Below are positions 56,041 to 64,000 of a stretch of 64,000 nucleotides of DNA, piece after piece. Each line of letters opens with the position of its first letter. The stretch's first letter is position 1. The notes beneath the pieces are model-generated. The model ran no database searches. It was given only the letters and a program-made list of their open reading frames with translations, and had not been told where the DNA came from. A program made the translations under genes and the position numbers. Source of the DNA: Alphaproteobacteria bacterium (GTDB taxonomy: Bacteria; Pseudomonadota; Alphaproteobacteria; SMXQ01); assembly GCA_035714115.1 (NCBI GenBank), contig DASTMO010000020.1, positions 6,073-70,072 of the forward strand, read 5' to 3'.

Positions 56041-58503
56041 ATGGCCCTCAGGACGTATCGCAAGAAGCGCGATTTCAAACAGACCCAGGAGCCGGCCGGC
56101 GGCAAGCCGGCGCGTCGGCGCGCCGGTTTGCATTTCGTCGTGCATAAGCATGATGCCAGCCATCTGCATTTCGATCTGCGTCTGGAGATGGACGGCGTCC
56201 TGAAATCCTGGGCGGTGCCGAAGGGGCCGAGCCTCGACCCCAAGGAGAAGCGTCTAGCGGTCGAGGTCGAGGATCATCCCTACGAATACGGCGCATTCGA
56301 AGGCACCATTCCGGCAGGGCAATATGGCGGCGGCACGGTGCAGTTGTGGGACCGCGGCAGCCTGGAATACGAAGGCGATCGAACGCCGCAGGAGGCGCTG
56401 AAGAAGGGCGACCTGAAGTTCACCGTTAGCGGCGCTCACATGAAGGGCAGCTGGGCGCTGGTTCGCATGCGCCGTCGCGGCAAGGAAAAGCGCGACAACT
56501 GGCTTTTGATCAAACATCGCGACGCTTATGCGAAGTCGGGCAAAGCGGCGGATATCGCGGCCATCGATGAATCCGTCGCCAGCGGGCGCAGCATGGCCGA
56601 AATCGCCGGCGGCGTAAAAGTCTGGAGCAAGCCGACGAAGCGGCCGGCCAACAAGCAGACCGCTGCCAAGACGCCGACGAAGAAAGCCAAGAAGGTTTCG
56701 GCCAAGGCAGCTTTCATCCCGCCGCAGCTGGCGACGCTGTCGGCCCATCCGCCGGGCGACGGCGAATGGATTCATGAAGTGAAGTTCGACGGCTATCGTA
56801 CGCAAGTCCATGTGCGCGGCGGCGAGGCGACCTGCTATTCGCGCAAAGGTCTCGACTGGACCCATCGTTTCCCGGAAATAGCCGAGGATTGCGCCGGCCT
56901 GCCCGATTGCATTCTGGACGGCGAAGTGGTGGCGCTGAATGCCAAGGGCGAGACGGATTTTTCCGCGTTGCAGTCGGCGCTCAGCGATGAGAAGACCGGC
57001 AAGCTGATTTATTACGTCTTCGATCTGTTGGCCGTCGATGGCGAGGATTTGCGAGATGAGCCTCAGCTCAAGCGCAAGGCGCGGCTTGATGAATTGTTGG
57101 CGGATGCGCCGGACCGCATCCGCTATGTCGCGCATTTCGACAAGGCGGGCGAGGCGGTGTTGAAATCTGCCTGCCGCATGGCTTTCGAGGGCGTCGTCTC
57201 AAAGAAGGCGGATGCGACATACTCATCCGGGCGCAACGCCAGCTGGCTCAAAACCAAATGCCGCGGCCGCGAGGAGTTCGTCATCGGCGGTTATTGGCCG
57301 GGCAGCAGCGGCAAAGCCGTCGGCGCGCTGCTGGTCGGTCTGCCGAATGGCAAATCCTTCGCCTATAAGGGGCGGGTCGGTTCCGGCTACAACCAGGCGG
57401 TGACGGCGCAGCTGCTGGAGAAATTCAAACCGCTCAAGATCAAAGATACGCCATTCGAAGGCAAGCAGCCGGCCAGCCTGAAAGGCCTCATCTGGCTCAA
57501 GCCGCAGCTCGTCGCCGAGGTCGAATATGCCGGCTGGACGGCCGAGGGCATCCTGCGTCAGGCTTCCTTCAAAGGCCTGCGCGACGACAAGAGCGCGCGC
57601 GAGGTCGGCCAGGATCGTGGGGCGCAAGTGCAGGCCAAGACCACTTCGTCAATCAAGCTGACCAATCCGGACAAGAAGCTGTGGCCGGAGGATGATGTCA
57701 CCAAGGCCGATCTTGCCGCCTATTTCGCGGCGGTGTCCGACGACATGCTGCGCTTTATCGGCGGGCGGCCGGTCTCTATCCTGCGGATTCCCGATGGCAT
57801 CCATCAGCAGCAGATCTTTCAGCGCCACCGCATGAAGGGCATGTCGGCGCTGATTGAGGACGTCAATCTCTCAAACGAGAAGAAAGAGCGTCAGCCCTAT
57901 CTCATGGTCAACAGCGCCGAGGGATTGCAGGCGCTGGCGCAACTCGGCACGGCGGAGATCCACGGCTGGGGCGCGACGGCGGACGATATCGAGCGGCCGG
58001 ATAATATCGTCATCGATCTCGATCCTGATCCGGACGTGGCCTTTGCCGATCTCAAGCGCGCCACGCTCGAGGTGCGCGAGCATTTCGAGAATCTCGGCTT
58101 CGTTGCCTATCTCAAACTGACTGGCGGCAAGGGATTGCATGTGGTGGTGCCGCTCAAGCCCGCCGCCGATTGGGAGGCGGTTAAGAGCTTCGCCAAGCAG
58201 TTCGTCGACGCCATCGCCGCCGCCGATCCGGACCGCTTTGTTACGGTGGCCACCAAGGCCAAGCGCAAAGGAAAGATCTTCCTCGATTATCTGCGCAACG
58301 GACGAGGGGCGACGGCGATCATGCCCTGGTCGCCGCGCGCGCGGCCCGGCGCGACCATCGCTTTGCCGGTCGCCTGGAGCTTGTTGGAGAAAGCGCGCAA
58401 GATGCCGGCCTTCGGCATTAAAAGCCTAGCGGCAGCGCGCAAAGCCAGCGATCCTTGGCGCGATTTCGACAAGGACCGCAAACCGCTCAAATTCAAAAAA
58501 TGA
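56041..58503 (+). CDS. ligD: multidomain ATP-dependent DNA ligase LigD (phosphoesterase-ligase-polymerase)
   Basis: 820 aa: an N-terminal PE domain (FVVHKHDASHLHFDLRLE), a central ligase (EVKFDGYR adenylation lysine) and a C-terminal primase-polymerase domain. Confidence 0.93.
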   Translation: MALRTYRKKRDFKQTQEPAGGKPARRRAGLHFVVHKHDASHLHFDLRLEMDGVLKSWAVPKGPSLDPKEKRLAVEVEDHPYEYGAFEGTIPAGQYGGGTVQLWDRGSLEYEGDRTPQEALKKGDLKFTVSGAHMKGSWALVRMRRRGKEKRDNWLLIKHRDAYAKSGKAADIAAIDESVASGRSMAEIAGGVKVWSKPTKRPANKQTAAKTPTKKAKKVSAKAAFIPPQLATLSAHPPGDGEWIHEVKFDGYRTQVHVRGGEATCYSRKGLDWTHRFPEIAEDCAGLPDCILDGEVVALNAKGETDFSALQSALSDEKTGKLIYYVFDLLAVDGEDLRDEPQLKRKARLDELLADAPDRIRYVAHFDKAGEAVLKSACRMAFEGVVSKKADATYSSGRNASWLKTKCRGREEFVIGGYWPGSSGKAVGALLVGLPNGKSFAYKGRVGSGYNQAVTAQLLEKFKPLKIKDTPFEGKQPASLKGLIWLKPQLVAEVEYAGWTAEGILRQASFKGLRDDKSAREVGQDRGAQVQAKTTSSIKLTNPDKKLWPEDDVTKADLAAYFAAVSDDMLRFIGGRPVSILRIPDGIHQQQIFQRHRMKGMSALIEDVNLSNEKKERQPYLMVNSAEGLQALAQLGTAEIHGWGATADDIERPDNIVIDLDPDPDVAFADLKRATLEVREHFENLGFVAYLKLTGGKGLHVVVPLKPAADWEAVKSFAKQFVDAIAAADPDRFVTVATKAKRKGKIFLDYLRNGRGATAIMPWSPRARPGATIALPVAWSLLEKARKMPAFGIKSLAAARKASDPWRDFDKDRKPLKFKK

Positions 58504-58504
58504 T

Positions 58505-59401
58505 TTAGGCGCTCTTGCGTTTGGCGGCGGCCTTGCGTTTGGGCGCGGCCTTTTTGGCCTTTTTGGCCGGCGCTTTCTTCTTCTCCTGCGCTGCCATGAA
58601 ACGCGCCGCGCGCTTTTGCGGCTCGCCCTTGCCCGAAAGGCTCTTGCGCAAGGCTTCCATGAGGTCGACGACTTTCTCCTCGTCGTCTTCGTCCGGCGCG
58701 GCGGCGACGATCTTCTGGCCCTTGCTCTTGCGCTTGATCAGTTCGCGCAGAGCGTCTTCGTAGCGATCCTTGAACTTGTCGGGATCGAATGCGCCGGCTT
58801 GCTGATCGATGATCTTTTCCGCGATGTCGAGCATCTTGGCATCGACGCGCTTGGCCTTGATGTCGCCGAAGAACTGCTTCTCGGCGACCACCTCGTCATG
58901 GCTGCGCAGAGTGGTGAGCAGCAGGCCGTTGCCGCGCGGCTCCATGGCGACGATGCGCTCGCGCTGATGCATCACCAGCCGGCCGAGGGCGATCTTCTTG
59001 CTCTTCTCCATCGCCTGGCGGATCACGGCATAAGCGTCCTGGCCGGTCTTGCCGCTCGGCACGAGATAATAGGGATGGTCCCAATAGAGCCGGTCGATAT
59101 CGGCAGCATCGACGAATTCCTCGATGTCGATAGTCTTGGTTGCGGGGAGCCGCGCGTCCTCGATCTCTTTCGGCGAGACCACGACATAATGGTCTTTGGT
59201 CAGTTCGAAGCCGCGCACCAAATCCTTGCGCTCGACCTCGCCGAGCTCGGGATCGTGCGGCAGCATGCGGATGCGGTTGTTGGTCTTCTTGTGAAGCCAA
59301 TGGAAGGAGATGTCATTGCTGCTGGTCGTCGCGTTGAACAAGGCGACGGGGCAGGACACCAGCGAAAGCTGCAGATGGCCTTCCCAGATCGGGCGCGGCA
59401 T
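58505..59401 (-). CDS. ku: Ku DNA end-binding protein with a Lys-rich tail
   Basis: MPRPIWEGHLQLSLVSCPVALFNAT... is the canonical bacterial Ku N-terminus. RBS AGGAG. Only the last 298 codons of the 652-aa ORF are taken. Convergent with ligD with a 1-nt gap. Confidence 0.92.
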   Translation of the reverse strand: MPRPIWEGHLQLSLVSCPVALFNATTSSNDISFHWLHKKTNNRIRMLPHDPELGEVERKDLVRGFELTKDHYVVVSPKEIEDARLPATKTIDIEEFVDAADIDRLYWDHPYYLVPSGKTGQDAYAVIRQAMEKSKKIALGRLVMHQRERIVAMEPRGNGLLLTTLRSHDEVVAEKQFFGDIKAKRVDAKMLDIAEKIIDQQAGAFDPDKFKDRYEDALRELIKRKSKGQKIVAAAPDEDDEEKVVDLMEALRKSLSGKGEPQKRAARFMAAQEKKKAPAKKAKKAAPKRKAAAKRKSA

Positions 59402-59434
59402 GGTTAGTCTCCTCAAGGATGGTTGCCGGTGGAT

Positions 59435-59459
59435 AACGCCGGCAAAAGCCGACAATTCC
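59435..59459 (-). promoter_or_regulatory. near-consensus EcfG-type promoter (GGAAT-N16-CGTT) upstream of ku
   Basis: Plus strand reads AACG-N16-ATTCC, 34 nt from the ku ATG at 59401. Confidence 0.5.
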
Positions 59460-59512
59460 CAGGCGTACGGCCGGATGCTATTCTTGCCATATAAGAATTT
59501 GGGAGATGTCCA

Positions 59513-60559
59513 TTGGCCGAACTGGGAACCCTTGAGAGCCTGCCCGCCGACTATCGCGAGGCCATGACCAAGGCCAATGTCGCGCCGCTTTGGCCGATGA
59601 TGCGCAATGTGCTGCCGCACGACGCTCCGCGCCCGGTGACCAAGCCCTGCCTCTGGGCGATCGACCGCATCCGCCCCTTGCTGTTGCGCGCCGGCGAACT
59701 GACGCCGATCGAGAAGGCCGAGCGCCGCGTGCTGGTGTTGTCCGATCCGGGCCGCGGCGTCGGCGCCATGCAGGCGACCCCGGTGATTTACTGCGGTCTG
59801 CAGTTGCTGCTGCCGGGCGAAACCGCGCCGTCGCACAAGCATACACCGAGCGCGGCGCGCATCATCGTCGAGGGCGAGGGGGCTTACACCATCGTCGAAG
59901 GCGAGAAATGCCCGATGTCGCGCGGCGATCTGATCCTGACGCCGGGCGGCCAGCGCCACGATCACGGCCATGACGGCAAGGAGCCGGTGATCTGGCTCGA
60001 TGCCCTCGATCTGCCGCTCTTCGTCTATCTCGAAGGGTCTTATGCGGTCGAAGGCAAGTTGCAGGCGCCGCGCAATCGGCCGGACGCCTCCCAGGTCGAA
60101 TATAGCGAAGCCGGATTGCTGCCGCCGCGCGCCCATGGCGCGCCGCGTCCGCCCTATCCGCTGATGCGCTATCCTTGGGCGCGCACGCGCGCCGCGCTCG
60201 ACCGGTTGGCGGCGCAGGCCGCGCCCGGCGAGGCGGTGGAGCTGGCCTACGTGAATCCCGAAACTGGCGAGCCCTGCTTGCCGACCCTCGGTTTCACGGC
60301 CATGCTGCTGCGTCCCGGCGAGACGGCTCAGCCGATGCTGCGCTCGGCGAGCGCGGTATTCCATTGCGTCGAAGGCGAGGGCGTCTCGACGGTCAATGGC
60401 GAAAGCTTCGCTTGGAGGGCCGGCGACACCTTCTCGACGCCGGTTTTCGCCCAACTGACCCATGAAGCGGGCGGTTCGGTGCCGGCCCGGATGATCCGCA
60501 TTGACGATGCGCCTTTGCAGAAGAAATTGGCGTTTTACGAGGAACGGCCGCGCGCCTAG
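59513..60559 (+). CDS. gentisate 1,2-dioxygenase (bicupin)
   Basis: 348 aa. LLLPGETAPSHKHTPSAARIIVEGEG contains the cupin His ligands. TTG start. Confidence 0.85.
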   Translation: MAELGTLESLPADYREAMTKANVAPLWPMMRNVLPHDAPRPVTKPCLWAIDRIRPLLLRAGELTPIEKAERRVLVLSDPGRGVGAMQATPVIYCGLQLLLPGETAPSHKHTPSAARIIVEGEGAYTIVEGEKCPMSRGDLILTPGGQRHDHGHDGKEPVIWLDALDLPLFVYLEGSYAVEGKLQAPRNRPDASQVEYSEAGLLPPRAHGAPRPPYPLMRYPWARTRAALDRLAAQAAPGEAVELAYVNPETGEPCLPTLGFTAMLLRPGETAQPMLRSASAVFHCVEGEGVSTVNGESFAWRAGDTFSTPVFAQLTHEAGGSVPARMIRIDDAPLQKKLAFYEERPRA

Positions 60560-60692
60560 CGCCTTGTTCGGGCAGGGATTGTCAACTTTCGCGACAAACT
60601 GTTCCGTGAGCGGCGCTTGTCTTTTGTCCGCCGAACGGCATCAATAGCCGCCAATAACAAGTTTACGCCAAACAAGCCTACGGGAGACTTTC

Positions 60693-61712
60693 ATGGTCCG
60701 GACTTCGCAGGCGGCAATCGCCGCTGCTGCCCTTTTGCTGTCGGCTTCGCCGCTCGCCGCCCAATCGGCTGAGGAATTCTTCAAGACCAAGACGATCACC
60801 ATCCTGATCGCCGGCACGCCGGGCGGCGGCTTCGACACCTCCGCCCGCACCATGGCCGAGTTCTACGGCAAGTTCGTGCCGGGCAATCCCAAGATCGTCT
60901 CGCAGAACATGCCGGGCGGCGGCGGCCTCGTCGCCGGCAACTATCTTTATAACGTCGCGCCGAAGGACGGCACGATGATGGGCTATGTCGGTCCCATCGC
61001 CGTCGATCCTCTGCTCAATCCGGGCGGCAACGCCAAGTTCGAAGCGACGAAATTCAGCTGGATCGGCAGCCTGGGCAACACCCATTCCGTGCTCGCCATG
61101 TGGCATGCGGCGCCGACCAAGACGGTTGACGATCTGTTCGTGAAGGAAACCGTCGTCGCCGGCACCGGCGCGGCGGCGACGACGGACATCTATCCGAAGG
61201 TGCTCAATGCCGTGATGGGCACCAAGTTCAAGCTCATCACCGGCTATCAGGGCAGCCGCGAGACCTTCCTCGCCATCGAGCGCGGCGAGGCGCACGGTCG
61301 CTTCGCTTCTGTCGATTCGATGCAGACGGCGGTGCCGCAACTGCTGGCCGACAAGAAGCTGATCATCCTGCTGCAGGCCTCGCTCAAGCGGCATCCTGAA
61401 TATCCGTCCGTGCCGACGGCCTATGAGATCGCCAAGACCGAAGAGCAGAAGCAGGCGATGACCTTCATCTTCGCGCCGTCCGAAGCGGGGCGTCCGATCG
61501 CCGCGCCGCCGAACTTGCCCGCCGATCGCCTCAAGGCGCTGCGCGAGGCTTTCGTGAAGATGACGGCGGATGCCGAATACAAAGCCGAAGCCAACAAACG
61601 CGGCCTCGATCCGCAAGGGCCGATGAGCGGTGAGGAAGTCACCGCGCTCTATGCTCAGGTGTACGAGACGCCGAAGCCGGTCATCGATAAAGTTTCTGCA
61701 GCGATGAAGTAA
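60693..61712 (+). CDS. Bug/TctC-family periplasmic solute-binding protein
   Basis: 339 aa with a signal peptide. KTITILIAGTPGGGFDTSAR...IVSQNMPGGGG...APKDGT is paralogous to 1651-2679. Confidence 0.75.
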   Translation: MVRTSQAAIAAAALLLSASPLAAQSAEEFFKTKTITILIAGTPGGGFDTSARTMAEFYGKFVPGNPKIVSQNMPGGGGLVAGNYLYNVAPKDGTMMGYVGPIAVDPLLNPGGNAKFEATKFSWIGSLGNTHSVLAMWHAAPTKTVDDLFVKETVVAGTGAAATTDIYPKVLNAVMGTKFKLITGYQGSRETFLAIERGEAHGRFASVDSMQTAVPQLLADKKLIILLQASLKRHPEYPSVPTAYEIAKTEEQKQAMTFIFAPSEAGRPIAAPPNLPADRLKALREAFVKMTADAEYKAEANKRGLDPQGPMSGEEVTALYAQVYETPKPVIDKVSAAMK

Positions 61713-61735
61713 GCGTCGCCTCGTGACGCGCGAAA

Positions 61736-61767
61736 AGCCCGCCTCGCAGGAGGCGGGCTTTTTATTT
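61736..61767 (+). terminator. intrinsic terminator after the TctC-like gene
   Basis: AGCCCGCCT cgcagg AGGCGGGCT TTTTATTT. Confidence 0.8.
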
Positions 61768-61933
61768 CGCATTGGAATATCTGACATTCCCGCGCCGCTA
61801 AAGCCCGGATATCCCTGATTTTCTTTGCGGCCTGTAGACCCTTGTGTAAAGTGACGGCCATATATCGCCGCTAATGGCGGCTGAGTAATCGGTACAGACA
61901 TCGCATAAGCGATGCGGACCTCGGGGAGGGGGA

Positions 61934-62668
61934 ATGCCGGTCGATTTGGAGGCGCGCGAGCAAGTCGCGCAGGCTTGTCGTGTGCTCGGCGGGCTGGATT
62001 TGACCAAGGCGGCGACCGGCCACGTCAGTTGCCTGGCCGACGATGGCGAGCGGATTTTCATTCGCGGGCGCGGACGCGCCGAGGTCGGGGTGCGCTTCAC
62101 CACGCCCGAGCAGGTCATCACCGTCGACATGTCCGGCAAGAAGATCGCCGGCGCCGACGGAATCGCCGTTCCTCAGGAAGTCTTCATTCACACGCGCATC
62201 TACAAAGCGCGCTCGGACGTGCGCAGCGTCGTGCATATGCATCCGCCGACGGTCGTGCTCTTCACGATCTGCGGCAAGGACATCCAGCCGCTTCATGGCG
62301 CTTACGACCCGAGCAGCCTCGATCTGATCCTCGATGGCATTCCGACCTACGACCGCAGTCTTTTGATCGATGACGACCGGCTGGGCGACGACCTCGCGTC
62401 GGCGCTGGGCTCGAAGCGCGTCTGCCTGATGCGCGGCCATGGCACGACCAGCGTCGGGGCTACGGTGCAGGAAGCCGCTTTGCGCACGATCCAGTTGAAC
62501 GACGCGGCGGACCTCAATTACCGGGCGCATATGCTCGGGGGGCCGCGGCCGATTCCCGATGAAGATCTGAAGATCTTTCTCGCCAAGAAGAAAGAGAAGG
62601 ACGGCAAGGGCGGCTCGCCGCATCGCGATGCCGCCTGGCGCTACTACGTGGAGTTATCGAAAGCCTGA
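61934..62668 (+). CDS. class II aldolase/adducin-domain protein
   Basis: 244 aa with GHVSC...FIRGRG and VVHMHPP...MRGHG motifs of the class II aldolase fold. Confidence 0.8.
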   Translation: MPVDLEAREQVAQACRVLGGLDLTKAATGHVSCLADDGERIFIRGRGRAEVGVRFTTPEQVITVDMSGKKIAGADGIAVPQEVFIHTRIYKARSDVRSVVHMHPPTVVLFTICGKDIQPLHGAYDPSSLDLILDGIPTYDRSLLIDDDRLGDDLASALGSKRVCLMRGHGTTSVGATVQEAALRTIQLNDAADLNYRAHMLGGPRPIPDEDLKIFLAKKKEKDGKGGSPHRDAAWRYYVELSKA

Positions 62669-62720
62669 ACAATTTGACGGACTCGACGCAGAGCGAGCCG
62701 TCCTCAAGAGGGAGAACGTC

Positions 62721-63812
62721 ATGGGTGATCGGATCGCGCGCTCTTGCGCGGCAATGCTGTTGGCCGGCGTCTTTTGGGCGGGCGGCGCGCAAGCGCAGGA
62801 TGCCAAGTTCGATGCGGCGAAATATTTCGCCGGCAAGACGATCAGGATGCAGGTCGGCTTCGGGCCGGGCGGCGGCACCGACTTGCAGGCGCGCCACTTT
62901 GCAGCCAATTGGGGCAAGTACATGCCCGGCCATCCGCGCTTCCAGGTGACGAACATCACGCCGAACACCGCGTCGGCGAACCGGCTCTATAAGAGCCCGC
63001 CCGACGGCTTGACGATCGAACTCACCGGCAGTCCGAACGTCACCAACCAGTTCACGGTGCCGCAGGCGGAATACAAAGTTGAAGAGAACCGGATGATCGG
63101 CACGCATGTGGCGTCGGCCAGCATCCTCTTCGCCTACAAGACCTTCCCTTACAAGACGCTGCGCGAAGCTGTGAACGGCAAGGAAGTCATCCGCATGGGC
63201 TGGCGTACGCCGTCGCAATCGAGCGCCATGCGCATGGCGGCTCTGTCGGAATGGCTCAACATTCCGATGAAGTTCATTCCCGGCGCGGCCGGCACGGCCG
63301 ACAGTCTGCTCGAGCTTGAGCGCGGCGACACCAACGTCTGGATGCCGGGCGGCGCGGGCACCGCCTGGTTCGGTCTGCCGGTCATGCGTCCCGGCTGGCT
63401 CAAGGACGGCACGGTGCGCCCCTTCGCTATCATCGAGGCGCCGGATGTCGAAGTGCGGCCGAACAAGGAAATCTCCATGCCGGCGGATGTGCCTTACGTC
63501 GCCGATCTCATCCAGGATCCCGAGCATCGCCGCCAATTCATCGCGCTGAGCAATCTGATCGACCGCTACAGCAAGATCTTCATGGCGCCGCCCAAGACGC
63601 CCGAGCCGATCATCCAGGCCTATCGCACGTCTTACGAGGCGCTGCTGAAGGACAAGGAGTTCGCCGACAAGCTCGAAGTGCTGCAGGGCGACCCGGTGCA
63701 ATTCACCCCCGGCGACGTCGTCGAGCGCGACATCAAGCAGATGGTCAAGGACTACGTCGAGTTCCAGGACCAGTTCAAGATTTGGGAAGAGTGGGCCCGG
63801 AAGCGGTTTTAA
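62721..63812 (+). CDS. TctC-like periplasmic solute-binding protein (divergent)
   Basis: Signal peptide ending AQAQD. GKTIRMQVGFGPGGGTDLQAR... resembles TctC. RBS GGAGAA. Directly upstream of a TctA-like gene. Confidence 0.65.
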   Translation: MGDRIARSCAAMLLAGVFWAGGAQAQDAKFDAAKYFAGKTIRMQVGFGPGGGTDLQARHFAANWGKYMPGHPRFQVTNITPNTASANRLYKSPPDGLTIELTGSPNVTNQFTVPQAEYKVEENRMIGTHVASASILFAYKTFPYKTLREAVNGKEVIRMGWRTPSQSSAMRMAALSEWLNIPMKFIPGAAGTADSLLELERGDTNVWMPGGAGTAWFGLPVMRPGWLKDGTVRPFAIIEAPDVEVRPNKEISMPADVPYVADLIQDPEHRRQFIALSNLIDRYSKIFMAPPKTPEPIIQAYRTSYEALLKDKEFADKLEVLQGDPVQFTPGDVVERDIKQMVKDYVEFQDQFKIWEEWARKRF

Positions 63813-63878
63813 GCGTCATGCCGGCGCCCCCCGCAAGGTTGGCGCCGGCGCATCGCGCGTTGAGGAGCGGGGGTAGTC

Positions 63879-64000
63879 ATGCTTGATACGATCCTGGCCG
63901 GCTTGGGCCATCTGGCGACGTTCAGCTATTGGGGCGCGTTGCTGACCGGCGTATTCGTCGCGGCCTTGATCGGCCTGCTCCCCGGCGTCGGCACGCCGAT
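63879..64000 (+). CDS. TctA-family tripartite tricarboxylate transporter permease, N-terminal fragment (continues beyond window)
   Basis: MLDTILAGLGHLATFSYWGALLTGVFVAALIGLLPGVGTP matches the usual TctA N-terminus (LPG-GP motif). Confidence 0.7.
   Translation, partial: MLDTILAGLGHLATFSYWGALLTGVFVAALIGLLPGVGTP

Noticed and set aside
59402-60463. N-terminal 354 codons of the 652-aa ORF that contains Ku
   Set aside because: This part is antisense to the gentisate dioxygenase gene. Ku begins at the canonical MPRPIWEG with a good RBS at 59401.

Overview
High-GC alphaproteobacterial chromosomal segment (Hyphomicrobiales-like). I call about 61 protein genes and one tRNA-Ser(GCU). I found no rRNA, CRISPR array, transposase, integrase or phage genes. 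Housekeeping genes (pyrC-pyrB, ruvX, gatCAB, GTP-type PEP carboxykinase) are mixed with transport and catabolic genes: four Bug/TctC-like solute receptors plus the start of a TctA permease, four MFS transporters, SulP, EamA, a CPA2/Kef antiporter, gentisate dioxygenase, two ThDP enzymes, an aldehyde dehydrogenase and an amidase. The main signal is regulatory. The window holds two EcfG-type ECF sigma paralogues and a NepR-like anti-sigma gene. I found seven perfect GGAAC-N16-CGTT motifs, one perfect N17 motif and four near-matches. All are intergenic, and all but one point at a nearby gene: DUF1328, a Gly-zipper lipoprotein, Mn catalase, MipA, an extensin-like protein, an SDR, a Pro-rich microprotein, ligD and ku. 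The exception is a perfect motif (25382-25406) that faces no ORF but a roughly 185-nt structured region with a 13-bp perfect stem; this is my top candidate, a general-stress-dependent small RNA or an antisense regulator of ecfG. Other notable points: an alpha/beta hydrolase whose catalytic His lies after an in-frame TAG; a four-repeat Pho-box array upstream of phoX; a duplicated palindromic operator upstream of a padR-SIP pair; a tandem 39-40 bp triplication at a gene 3' end; a recurring TTATCCWGGTAT motif; and a DUF1190/GspS-like/DUF350 module. All calls come from reading the sequence and ORF track by eye; no database searches were run.
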